From assembly GCA_950097015.1 (NCBI GenBank), contig CATNEN010000030.1, positions 4,154,001-4,218,000 of the forward strand: a stretch of 64,000 nucleotides of DNA, given 5' to 3'. The DNA is from Macrostomum hystrix. Taxonomy: Eukaryota; Animalia; Platyhelminthes. The notes under the pieces were generated by a model, which saw nothing but the letters and a program-made list of their open reading frames with translations, was not told the DNA's origin and ran no database searches. Position 1 is the first letter of the stretch. Each line of letters opens with the position of its first letter. Positions 16,040-27,400 of the stretch are shown here, piece by piece. The position numbers were made by a program, and so were the translations under genes.

Positions 16040-18261
16040 ATGAGAATGTCAAATTTATTACGAGCCTCACAAAGTGCTGGTTGCGAGCCGACTTCTGCTG
16101 CGGATCGACAGCAGAGCAGCAGCAGCATGCTGCGTCGCATTGTGGACCATCTGGACGAGACAGACTGGAATTTTAAGAATAAGAAAGAAAGGTTGGCATA
16201 GTTTTATGGATCTGTTTGATTGTTTTAGCTAACAGTTGGGTCCACATCAATCACCCAGTTCCAATCAGTGCTCAAACTGAATACAACAGAGTAGTCGCAC
16301 GTTGAAATTATATATCATAGCTAAAACAAATGCTTCAGACCGGTAGTAAAGTACATACCGCCCGATCGCATGATGTCTGAGTACGCCGAGATGCTGAGCC
16401 TGCCAGACGATCCCGTGGCCGATGGGGTCTTGCTAGAGAACCTGAAGACTATCTACGAACTGAGCGTCACGTCCAGTCATCCGCGTTTCTACAATCAGCT
16501 GTTTGGCCGGGTGCATGAGGAATCCGTGGCCGGGTCTCTCCTCACTGACGTCATCAATACCAGCATGTGAGTACAGCTGCGTGAGTAGAGAACGAAACAC
16601 TCTATATTGGTATTCCGGAATCGGTATTCTATGTGACTTATGAATATCGACAGTAGTAGCCAGTATCAGTCGTGTTTCACTTCAACTACTAGTCATCCAA
16701 ATCACAGTCAAAGCTTTCTAAAAAATTTCTCTAGCTACACTTACGAAGTGGCACCTGTGTTCACCATCATGGAGCGAATTGCGATGCGTCATTTCCTGGA
16801 CCTGTTCGGCTTCAAGGAGGGCGAAGGAGTCTGTACTCCTGGCGGCTCCCTAGGCAACATGTACGCCATCAGTTTGGCCAGATCGGCAGCTCTTCCAGAC
16901 GCTCGGAAGCTGGGGATGGCTGTTATGCCGCCTGTCAGGCTCTACGTGTCTCAGGAGGTGCGCCATCGTTTATTAGTTCATGTGTACTGTAAGTGGGTCA
17001 CGTGACTTGCGCGAATTGTGTAGCGCACGCATCGTATGAAAGTTTAGGGATGCAGAGGATAGGCAATATGACTCATAAAACTAGATATCCTGAAGTATTC
17101 TGATCAAAATCTCTGTACTTTCTATATTCCACGCAGAGTCACTACTCAATACTGAAGGGCGCCGGCTTTATGGGATTAGGCGAGAACGCTGTGGTGAAAG
17201 TTGCCGCCGACAAAGACGGTCGAATGAAAGCTGACGAACTGAGGCAAATCATAAAGTCTGACGTTGAAAAGGTGAGGGCTGACACTTGCACATAGACATT
17301 GTGTGCGCGAGATTTTAAGACTGCTTATTAAAGCAAAGTGAGAAGCAACAGCTCGACAGTTTCGTCGACAGTTTGAGCTCGACCTCTGAAAAGTTACCTA
17401 GCTGTATTCATCGTGCGAAATACAAACATCCTGATGCCTTCGCAGGGCCGGAAGCCACTAATTGTGGTGGCAACCGCTGGCACGACAGTGCTGGGCGCCT
17501 ACGATCCCATCTCAGATGTGGCTGCCGTGTGCCAGGACTTCGGTGTCTGGCTACACGTTGACGGCTGTCTGGGCGGCAGCGCGATCCTGTCCGGGAGCCA
17601 GCGGCACCTGCTTGACGGCTGCCAGATGGCCGACTCGCTGACCTGGAATCCGCACAAGATGCTGGGTGTGAATCTGCAGTGCAGCCTCCTGCTCACCAAG
17701 CGACCAGGCGCACTGCAAAGTGCTCACGGCACCCAGGCGGCCTACCTGTTCCAGCAGGACAAATTCTATTCGCCCGAGTATGACATTGGCGACAAGGTGA
17801 TCCAATGCGGCCGCAAGGTTGACATCTTGAAGCTCTGGGCTGTCTGGCGCGCCTTGGGCAAGTCTGGCCTAGCCAGTCTGGTTGATCGAAAGTTCAACTT
17901 GGCCAAGGAGTTGGCCGACCAGGTGGCTCAACGGCAGAAGGCCGACGGATCTTTCGAATTGCTGGCCCAGCCGCAGAGTACGAATGTTCTGTTCTGGTAC
18001 ATTCCTCCCGGCCTGCGCGGCCAGCCGGCTGACTGGGCCAGCCGCGACGCCGACTGGTGGCGCAAGATCGACGCCGTGGCGCCTCAGCTGAAGAAGCGCA
18101 TGACCTTGGCCGGGTCGATGCTGATTGGCTACCAGCGTTGCGCCGCATCCAATGGCGTCAACTGTTGGCGAATGGTGTGCTCACAGGACAATAACTCGGA
18201 GGACGACATGCGGAGCATACTGGACGAGTTTTGCCGGCTGGGAAAGGACATAAGTGTCTGA
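16040..18261 (+). CDS. Group II PLP-dependent acidic amino acid decarboxylase, CSAD/GADL1/ADC type (5 coding exons)
   Basis: Exons 16040-16191 (start uncertain), 16339-16566, 16735-16957, 17137-17271, 17446-18261 join in phase. Motifs HPRFYNQLF, NTSIYTYEVAP, PGGSLGNM, SHYSILKG, GTTVLGAYDP, WNPHK (PLP lysine), YLFQQDKFY, GDKVIQCGRKVD. Confidence 0.92.
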
Positions 18262-18357
18262 ATGCCGGTCTAATGACTATATTTAACCGACAAGACTCCG
18301 TTAAAAATTTGTCTCCTTTGTCTCTACTGAGTTGCAAGAGCATCCATCATACCTTTC

Positions 18358-18535
18358 TGTAGCGAATCCCAATGAGGTGAAGTTATTTTACTACTGAATG
18401 TCCGCGGAAGATACCAATGACATCCCTGATTACGTAATCGCAACTGACATAAATACAACAAGCACGGCCTCACGGGGCCTTCGTAGAATCTGGTTTCACA
18501 CCGCCAAACACCGCGTGTTACAAGTGGTAGCAGAG
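18358..18535 (+). mobile_element. Putative short 5' LTR (18358-18522) and primer-binding site
   Basis: TGTAGCG...TGTTACA, then AG and TGGTAGCAGAG (18525-18535), which is complementary to the 3' end of animal initiator tRNA-Met. The left LTR edge is inferred without a second LTR to compare. Confidence 0.65.
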
Positions 18536-18541
18536 CTCAGA

Positions 18542-19333
18542 ATGGCAGAGGGCAGTCATCGCGCGATTCCGAGAACTTTTAGCTCTGGAAACTTTAAGGA
18601 GTGGCTGCAGCGGTTTGAGCTGTGTGCGGCAGCCAACAAGTGGACAAATGATAAGCACTTGCATCTGCCAACGTTTCTGGATGGCGAGGCTCTGGCGGTC
18701 TTCCTTGAGCTCGGTGACAAGGATAAGAGCGACTACAGTCAGGTTACCCATGCACTGACCGAGGCATTTCACCCAGAAAGCCAGCACTTCTTAGCGCTGG
18801 AGGCATTTGAGAGCCGGAAGCTGCTGCCTGGGGAGCCTCCTCGTCTGTTTCTCTATCACCTGAAGCAGCTGCTCAAGGACGCTGGCGTTAGCAACAAGAA
18901 CGCCACAGACACCATGCTGACCCATCACTTCATCCGCGGACTGCCAGCGGATGTCAGCAGGCAAATCAGAGCCGACGCGTCAGTCAAGACGGTAAGCGAC
19001 GCCCTTGCGCGGGCACAACTGCTACTGGAGCTGCCTTCTGCCACCACGGATGGAAGCCGGCCGCCCCTCGCGGCGGCAGCCGGAACTACTTGCGGCAGCA
19101 CCGAGACCGCAGATCTGAGGGCCGCGGTCAGCTCACTGCAGGCGACGGTCCAAGACCTGGCAGCGAAGCTGGGCTCGGAGGCTTCCGACTCCTGCGCGGT
19201 TCGCAGTGCGAGGAGACAGCGCGAGGTAACCTGCTGGAACTGCAACCAACGCGGCCACCTCGCCAGAAACTGCAAGAAGCCGTCGGGAAACGGCAACGGC
19301 CGGGGCGGAGCCCGCAACCCTGGCCAGTTCTGA
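18542..19333 (+). CDS. gag: Gypsy Gag with CCHC zinc knuckle
   Basis: First ATG after the PBS at 18542; WLQRFELCAAANKW N-terminal signature; CWNCNQRGHLARNC knuckle. Confidence 0.88.
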   Translation: MAEGSHRAIPRTFSSGNFKEWLQRFELCAAANKWTNDKHLHLPTFLDGEALAVFLELGDKDKSDYSQVTHALTEAFHPESQHFLALEAFESRKLLPGEPPRLFLYHLKQLLKDAGVSNKNATDTMLTHHFIRGLPADVSRQIRADASVKTVSDALARAQLLLELPSATTDGSRPPLAAAAGTTCGSTETADLRAAVSSLQATVQDLAAKLGSEASDSCAVRSARRQREVTCWNCNQRGHLARNCKKPSGNGNGRGGARNPGQF

Positions 19334-21823
19334 GCGCGGGCCCCAGCGTGAGTGGATTGTTCCGGGGCGCAGAGGGGGGCGGCGCAGGCACAGTAGGCAG
19401 CAGCGCAGCAGCAGTCGTTATCAGACCGAACCCGGCAACATCCAAGCTGCAGTGCAAGATCGGAGGTGCGGACGTCATGGCGCTGATCGACTCGGGTAGC
19501 CAGGTATCAATCGTGGACAAGCAGGTCCTTCAGAGAATGCAGCGAGTTCAGTTGGAAAGCGTCCACCTGGAACTGCGGGCAGTCAACCAGCAGGCGGTGC
19601 CGGTGCGGCAGGTGGCCAGCCTGGCGGTGTCGCTCGGCAGCATCGAGCGGCAGCACCCGTTCTACGTGTCGGAAGGCCTGGTGGCTGCCGTCATCATCGG
19701 GCTGGACTTCATCAAGGCCAGCAACATGTGCCTGGACTTCAGCGACAGCGCAGAGGCACCACCAAAGAGCTCGTGCGTGATGGACGGCGTGAGCCATCTC
19801 GACGCAGACAGCCAGCTGGAGGACCTCGAAGAGAAGCTCGTGCCGGATTTCAGCACGAAAGAGGTCGACCTGCCTGTCGTAAAGGACCCGGACATCCGAG
19901 CCCTGGTGCACGAGTTCAGCGACATCTTCTCCAGGCGGCCGGGACTGACAGATCGCCACGAGCACAGCATCCCCCTGATCGACGATGTTCCGGTGCGGAT
20001 TCCTCCAAGAAAGCTGCCGGTGCACTGGGAACCTGAGGTTAACAAGCTCATTCAGGAGCTGCTGGACAACGACATCATCGAGGAGTCGGACAGCCCGTAC
20101 GTGGCGCCCCCGGTGTACGTGCGGAAGAAGAACGGAGACCTGCGGCTGACGATCGACTACCGCGAGCTGAACAAGAAGACGGTGCGGTCGGCGCAGGGCA
20201 TTCCGCAGATGGACTTTGTCAAGGACAAGCTAGCTGGCAACGAGATCTTCTCGGTGATTGACCTGAACGGCGGCTACTTCCAAATCCCGATGAAGCCGGA
20301 AGACAGGCAGAAGACAGCTTTCAGCCCTGGGCCCGGCATGCCGCTTTATCAGTTCAAGAGGATGCCGCAGGGCGTCTGCGGCGGCCCGAGCTCATTCACC
20401 ATCCTGATGAACCGCGTGTTCAAAGGCGCCGAGCAAACCTTCACCTACATGGATGACACGCTGTGCTTCTCCAAGTCAAAGGCCGAGCATCTACAGCACC
20501 TGCGAGAAGTGTTCGAGAAGATCAGAGGCGCCGGGCTCACAGTCAGGGGCAGCAAGTGCCAGCTGGGTCTGCCGGAGGTCACGTTTCTCGGCACCGTGTT
20601 CTCTGCCAAGGGTGCCACTGTGAGTCCCGAGAAGGTGCACGCCATCCAAGAGTGGCCGGAGCCGCATTCCCCAACGCAGGTGCGGCAGTTCCTAGGCCTT
20701 TGCAACCAGTACAGGAAGTACGTGCCGAGTTTCTCCGATATCGCCGGACCGCTGCACAGACTGACCAGCAAGACGGAGAAGTTCGAGTGGACTGACGAGT
20801 GCGGCACGGCATTTCGACGGCTCAAAGAGGCCCTTCAGCAGCCGCCGATCATCGGCCACCCGGATTTTTCCAAGGAGTTTCAGCTCTACACGGATGCCAG
20901 CAACACCGGAGTCGGAATCGTGCTCAAGCAAGGCGACCAGGTGATAGAGTACTGCAGCAGAGCACTCACGGCTCCGAAAAAAGGGTTATTCAACCGTCGA
21001 GAAGGAGTGCCTGGCGATCCTGCACGCGCTGAAGACTTACCGCCACTACCTGCTCGGTCGGCATTTCACGGTCTTTACCGACCACTGCCCACTCACGTTT
21101 CTGAATTCCCAGCGGGTCGACAGCCACGGCCGGCTCGGGCGCTGGCGGTTGCTGCTGCAGGAATTCGCCTTTACCATCAAGTACACCAAGGGCGTCGACA
21201 ACGTGGAGGCGGACGGCCTGTCGAGGATGCACGAGGGCCACTGCGAAACGATCGGAGCGTCGTCGGCAACGGAGCTGCAGCCGCAGGTGTCCAACCGGGA
21301 GTTGCGACAGGCGCAGAGGGCTGATCCGAAGCTCCAGCTGGTCATCGAGGCCCTGCAGAACGACAGCGGGACTCGGCCAAGATGGTCCGACAGCAGACTG
21401 CGACACCTCAGCCGTATCTGGCGGAAGTTACGAATTCAAGACGGTCTTCTCTGCCGGGTTTTCAATGATGCTGCGGGGCCGAGAGAGGTCCCTGTGATCC
21501 CGGAGTTGCTGCAGCGTCAGTTCCTGACTGACTTCCACGAGGGCATCGGCGGCCATTTCGGACCGGAGAAAATGGCCGACACTCTGAAGCAGACCGCGTA
21601 CTGGCCTGGGCTGCAGAGCGACGCGGTGAGTTTCTGTCAGGAGTGCCAGACCTGCCAGCTGAAAAAAGCGCAGCACCGGCCCGCAGCCCCACTCGGTGAG
21701 ATGCCGATCGGCAAGCCCTGGCAGACGGTGGCGGTCGACGTACTGAAGGTGCCGACATCAGATCGAGGCAACAGCTACCTGCTGGTGATGCAGGATCAGT
21801 TTTCCAGTCATTTAGTCTACTGA
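19290..21823 (+). pseudogene. pol: Gypsy Pol (protease, RT, RNase H, partial integrase) with one frameshift and a truncation
   Basis: LIDSGS protease, YMDD RT, YTDAS and EKECLAI RNase H across a +1 shift at the A6G3 run (20977-20985), H-H-C-C integrase zinc finger, first catalytic Asp (VAVDV). Homology ends at YLLVMQDQFS. Confidence 0.9.
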
Positions 21824-22305
21824 ATGACTGGAGGGTGTCGATTAGTCTACTGAATGACTGAAGGGTATCAGTTAGTCTACTGAATGACTGGAGGGTATCA
21901 GTTAGTCTACTGAATGACTGGAAGGTATCAATTAGTCTACTGAATGACTGGAGGGTATCAGTTAGTCTACTGAATGACCGGAAGGTATCAATTAGTCTAC
22001 TGAATGACCGGAGGGTATCAATTAGTCTACTGAATGACTGGAGGGTATCAATTAGTCTACTGAATGACTGGAGGGTATCAATTAGTCTACTGAATGACTG
22101 GAGGGTATCAATTAGTCTACTGAATGACTGGAGGGTATCAGTTAGTCTACTGAATGACCGGAAGGTATCAATTAGTCTACTGAATGACCGGAGGGTATCA
22201 ATTAGTCTACTGAATGACTGGAGGGTATCAATTAGTCTACTGAATGACTGGAGGGTATCAATTAGTCTACTGAATGACTGGAGGGTATCAATTAGTCTAC
22301 TGAAG
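21810..22305. repeat. 30-bp minisatellite at the Gypsy truncation point
   Basis: ATTAGTCTACTGAATGACTGGAGGGTATCA, about 16 copies. Confidence 0.95.
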
Positions 22306-22827
22306 TAATGATTATTGATTATTGTCTACTGAATATACAGAAGGAAGCAGCCACATATAACCTGTATTTCAAAAGCAAGCAAATCATATTTCCTAAAAAT
22401 AAGTTGTCATTAAAATTATTTAGACAACTGGAGCAATTAATTTAATTGAAGCTGTCAGTGGAGGGCTTGATTTATACGCCTGCTGACACCAGTTCAGCAG
22501 AGCTAGACCATTAATGGAGCAATTATATTCCATATCTATCCTTGGCGATGAAACACCTGGATAACTCTAATATAGCCGTGAATAAGATATCAAATTAATA
22601 AAATCCAGAATTTGTCAGCCGCCCACATCAATGCTAAATAAGTTGAATAATTTGACAACTGACAGTTGGCGCGGCTGACTGGCGCCGTTGGCTAGCCATT
22701 GTTTTGTTAGTAGGCTTCAAAGTCTGTCTGGTAAATATTCTGTACAGGCGTTTACTGTATGTTTATCTTCTGTATTAATGCTAGACAGACACATAACTGA
22801 AATTTGAACTTCTGAGTAACAAAGTAA

Positions 22828-23330
22828 CCGGTGCTCCTGAAGGATAGGTGGGTAAGAGTCGGTGCTCCTGAAGGATAACTGAGTAAGAGTCGGTGCTTCT
22901 GAAGGATAGGTGGGTAAGAGTCGGCGCTTCTGAAGGATAGGTGGGTAAGAGTCGGCGCTTCTGAAGGATAGGTGGGTAAGAGTCGGCGCTTCTGAAGGAT
23001 AGGTGGGTAAGAGCCGATGCTTCTGTAGGATAACTGGGTAAGAGTCGATGCTCCTGAAGGATAGGTGGGTAAGAGTCGGTGCTCCTGAAGGATAGGTGGG
23101 TAAGAGTCGGTGCTCCTGAAGGATAGGTGGGTAAGAGTCGGTGCTCCTGAAGGATAGGTGGGTAAGAGTCGGTGCTCCTGAAGGATAGGTGGGTAAGAGT
23201 CGGTGCTCCTGAAGGATAGGTGGGTAAGAGTCGGTGCTCCTGAAGGATAGGTGGGTAAGAGTCGGTGCTCCTGAAGGATAGGTGGGTAAGAGTCGGTGCT
23301 CCTGAAGGATAAGGTGGGTAAGAGCCGAGG
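22828..23330. repeat. 31-bp minisatellite
   Basis: GGTGCTCCTGAAGGATAGGTGGGTAAGAGTC, about 16 copies. Confidence 0.95.
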
Positions 23331-24410
23331 CTGCTATAGGAATATCCCCAAGATGAGAAGATTGCGGCAAATTTAGTAAGGACAGAGGCTAACAGCCGAT
23401 GCCCTTATTATCAATACTTATCATCCCATATATCCTTTTAGGTTAATCCGTTTCTTCCATTTTAGTGCAGTTATTTTCTGTCTTCAATTCAATTAATGCT
23501 GTGTTGTGGCTTATGCTACGAAAAATAATGTATACTATAAACGTATATAATAATTATAATTAATAATTTAAGCGTGCATCATAAATTCAGTTTGGGTAAT
23601 TCTCTGACACTAATTAATAATAATAAGCAATGAGCAATTGAACAGTGCAGCCGTAATTAGTGTTCTGGAGGAAACGGGATTTCCAAGTAAGAATAAACGC
23701 ATGCACAGTCAAAATGACAGAATGGGTAGAGGTTTCGTAGTAGAATATATGGGAGAGGTCCCATTTTATAATATGAATAAAATAGTTATTATAGTCCTTA
23801 ATCCAGGCTGTATTATAGACTCTTGAAGACAGGTTTTAGTTAAAAAACGTTGCGCTTTTGTAAAGAGCCGAATGATTTGGGTTGAAGGAAATCTCAGGAT
23901 TGAGTGGGGTGGAAGACTGTAATGTACATCCCGGCGTGAGTAATGTACAGCGTCAAAAACTGTGGGGTGGGTTGCACTTGCACAAGCCAAACACTCCCCT
24001 GCCCTGGGCCGATATCTCTTCCAATATAAAAAGCCCACCACCCCACACGCCTGGGCCCCACCCCAATTTGGAGGGACGTGGCCCTGGCGATTCCTACACA
24101 CACTCATATAATAACGAGTATAAGAGGAGAGCTGTAGAACGAAAAAGGAAAGGAAAGCAAAGGAAAGAGACGGAAGCAGAAGAGACTGGACCACAAACCT
24201 GAAGCGAGCAAGATCGTGTCCGCAAACCTACTGATAAAAGATAGGGCTAGACTAGATAAAAACTCGACGCGAGGTTCACGGACTCAGCCACGCCCTCTAG
24301 GCCTTAGCACGAATATTTATTTAGTAGATTTTTTAATTCGTTCTCAAGACTCGACCTATTTCATCAGTTAAGCATTTTACTCGGAATATTAGTTAGTCTA
24401 ATTAAAAATA

Positions 24411-27400
24411 ATGCGCAGCTTCTTCTCGTCGCAAGAGATGCGCGTTAGGCGAACCATTCTAGGCCAGGGTGGTCCTGCTCCCGCAGCAGCGGAAGGGGCG
24501 ACCGATCAGCAGCAGCAGCAGCCCGCTATCCTGCCCGGCGGCCTAATGGATCTGCGAGCACTACTTCACCAGCGAAGCAAGCCATCGGCTAACGAGTCCG
24601 AGCAGAGCCTTCTACTTGAAGCCTATCACCGGCGGGATGCCGACCAACTGGAGCGCCTGCTAGTGTCCGGAGATCCCTACGCGCCAGTTCTGTCCGGCCG
24701 GACGATTGCCGACCTGGCCGCCGCAGAGGAGCAGCTGTGGGCTTTGGACCGCCTCGAGCGGGTCAAGTGAGTAAATACTAAATCGTCGCGCTAAACTGTC
24801 AAATCTATTTTCTGGTCACGAAACTCTTAAGGAGGATATTGGGGGTGAGTGGCAGAGCGGTCTAACGCGTTTGTGTCTCGCACCAAGGTCCCTGAGCTCG
24901 ATTCCGCAGCGAGGCCACATTCATTTCGTGCGCAGCCGCAGAGAAAAGGCTTGGGGGCTTGTCGTGCAATTTACGCCCTTGAGGGCCAACCTCAAAGGCA
25001 CAGTGAGAGTGTACACTGCCTGACGATGAGAAAGTCACGGCAGATGTACACACCAGTCACCTGTGCAAGCGTGTGCGCGCGTACAGTATCTGTGTGCGTG
25101 TGTGTTCAGGATTCAGCGAAATGGGCAAAATTGCCGCTGGCTGCGGGTCTAGCTCGTAGTGACACCAAATGATGTGCAATTGCCCGCAGCCCTCCTTCAA
25201 TTATTATAATTATTCAAGGAGGATACTATTAACCAATCAGACGGCACTCACTGCTCAGGTTCGACTTCAACCGTCCCAACAAGCACGGCATGACGCCGCT
25301 TCACTACGCCGCCGAAGAGGGTCGAGTCAGCGCAGTGCTGAGGCTGAACGCTTTGGGCGCCAATGCCAATATTCCCATGCCCACTGGAGATTATCCGCTG
25401 CACAGGGCCTGCGCTCAGCCTAGCACCGCCCTGCTAGATGCTCTGCTGGGTGCGACGACAGTTCATGTACCTGCTGGCAAAGCCAGATCCTCAGGACAGC
25501 CACTCTCCCAGATCCTCAGGACAGCCACTCTCCCAGATCCTCAGGACAGCCACTCTCCCAGATCCTCAGGACAGCCACTCTCCCAGATCCTCAGGACAGC
25601 CACTCTCCCAGATCCTCAGGACAGCCACTCTCCCAGATCCTCAGGACAGCCACTCTCTCAGATCCTCAGGACAGCCACTCTCCCAGATCTTCAGGATAGA
25701 CAGCTACTCTACCAGTTCCTCAGGATGGACAGCCACTCTCCCAGATACTCAGGACAGCCACTCTACCAGTTCCTCAGGATGGACAGCCACTCTCCCAGAT
25801 ACTCAGGACAGCCACTCTACCAGTTCCTCAGGATGGACAGCCACTCTCCCAGATACTCAGGACAGCCACTCTACCAGTTCCTCAGGATGGACAGCCACTC
25901 TCCCAGATACTCAGGACAGCCACTCTACCAGTTCCTCAGGATGGACAGCCACTCTCCCAGATACTCAGGACAGCCACTCTACCAGTTCCTCAGGATGGAC
26001 AGCCACTCTCCCAGATCAGGAAGGACAGCCACTCTCCCAGATCCCACTCTTACGGATCCTCAGAATTGGCAGCCACTCTCCCAGATCCCAGATCAGGATG
26101 GACAGCCACTCTCCCAGATCCTCAGGATGGACAGCCACTCTCCCAAATCTTCAGGATAGACAGCTACTCTACCAGTTCCTCAGGTTCGACAGCCACTCTC
26201 CCAGATACTCAGGACAGCCACTCTACCAGTTCCTCAGGATGGACAGCCACTCTCCCAGATACTCAGGACAGCCACTCTACCAGTTCCTCAGGATGGACAG
26301 CCACTCTCCCAGATACTCAGGACAGCCACTCTACCAGTTCCTCAGGATGGACAGCCACTCTCCCAGATACTCAGGACAGCCACTCTACCAGTTCCTCAGG
26401 ATGGACAGCCACTCTCCCAGATCAGGAAGGAAAGCCACTCTCCCAGATCCCACTCTTACGGATCCTCAGAATTGGCAGCCACTCTCCCAGATCCCAGATC
26501 AGGATGGACAGCCACTCTCCCAGATCCTCAGGATGGACAGCCACTCTCCCAGATCCTCAGGATGGACAGCCACTCTCCCAGATCCTCAAGATGGAAAGCC
26601 ACTCTCTCAGGTCCTCAGGATGGACAGCCACTCTCCCAGATCCTCAGGATGGACAGCCACTCTCCCAGATCCTCAGGATGGACAGCCACTCTCCCAGATC
26701 CTCAAGATGGAAAGCCACTCTCTCAGGTCCTCAGGATGGACAGCCACTCTCCCAGATCCTCAGGATGGACAGCCACTCTCCCAGATCCTCAGGATGGAAA
26801 GCCACTCTCTCAGGTCCTCAGGATGGAGAGCCACTCTCCCAGATCCTCAGGATGGACAGCCACTCTCCCAGATCCTCAGGATGGACAGCCACTCTCCCAG
26901 ATCCTCAGGATGGACAGCCACTCTCCCAGGTCCTCATGATGGACAGCCACTCTCCCAGATCCCAGATCAGGATGGACAGCCACTCTCTCAGGTCCTCAGG
27001 ATGGACAGCCACTCTCCCAGATCCTCAGAATGGACAGCCACTCTCCCAGATCCCACTTTTACAGATCCTCAGAATTGACAGCCACTCTCCGTCATTCCTA
27101 TGAAAGAATTTCTGCCTTGAAAAACTGAACACCCAGGCGACTGCCAGGCGGACCCCACTGTTCGCGATCGTCAGGGCAACACGGCGCTCCACCGCGCCAT
27201 TCTGGAGGAGTCCGGGCCGCACATCGCCGCCCTACTGCGCAGCAGTGACGAGGCGGCCTTGAATGCCCAGGGTCAAGAGGGCCGCACTCCGCTGCACTTG
27301 GCCGTGGCCAATCAGAATCGCCTGGCCATGAAGCTGCTGCTGGAACGCGGCGCGTTTGTCGATCTGCCTGCTGACAACGGGCGCACCGCCATCGACCTGG

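Larger units (their letters stand above)
18358..21810 (+). mobile_element. Ty3/Gypsy LTR retrotransposon, 3'-truncated
   Basis: LTR/PBS, gag, then pol in the order PR-RT-RH-IN. Integrase breaks off at a minisatellite; no 3' LTR seen. Confidence 0.93.

Noticed and set aside
16040-18261. Calling the decarboxylase GAD
   Set aside because: The selectivity motif is F-x19-S-x-Y (CSAD/GADL1/ADC type), not the GAD type. No symbol is given because CSAD versus GADL1 cannot be resolved by eye.
18398-18541. Gag start at the upstream ATG 18398
   Set aside because: It lies inside the putative LTR, before the PBS; 18542 is the more plausible start.
23918-24300. 3' LTR partner of the Gypsy element
   Set aside because: No sequence similarity to 18358-18522.
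25438-27103. Long Ser/Pro/Asp-rich ORFs in all three + frames (also at 48916-51253)
   Set aside because: Produced by the 29-bp array. The flanking TRP exons splice cleanly across the first one in phase.
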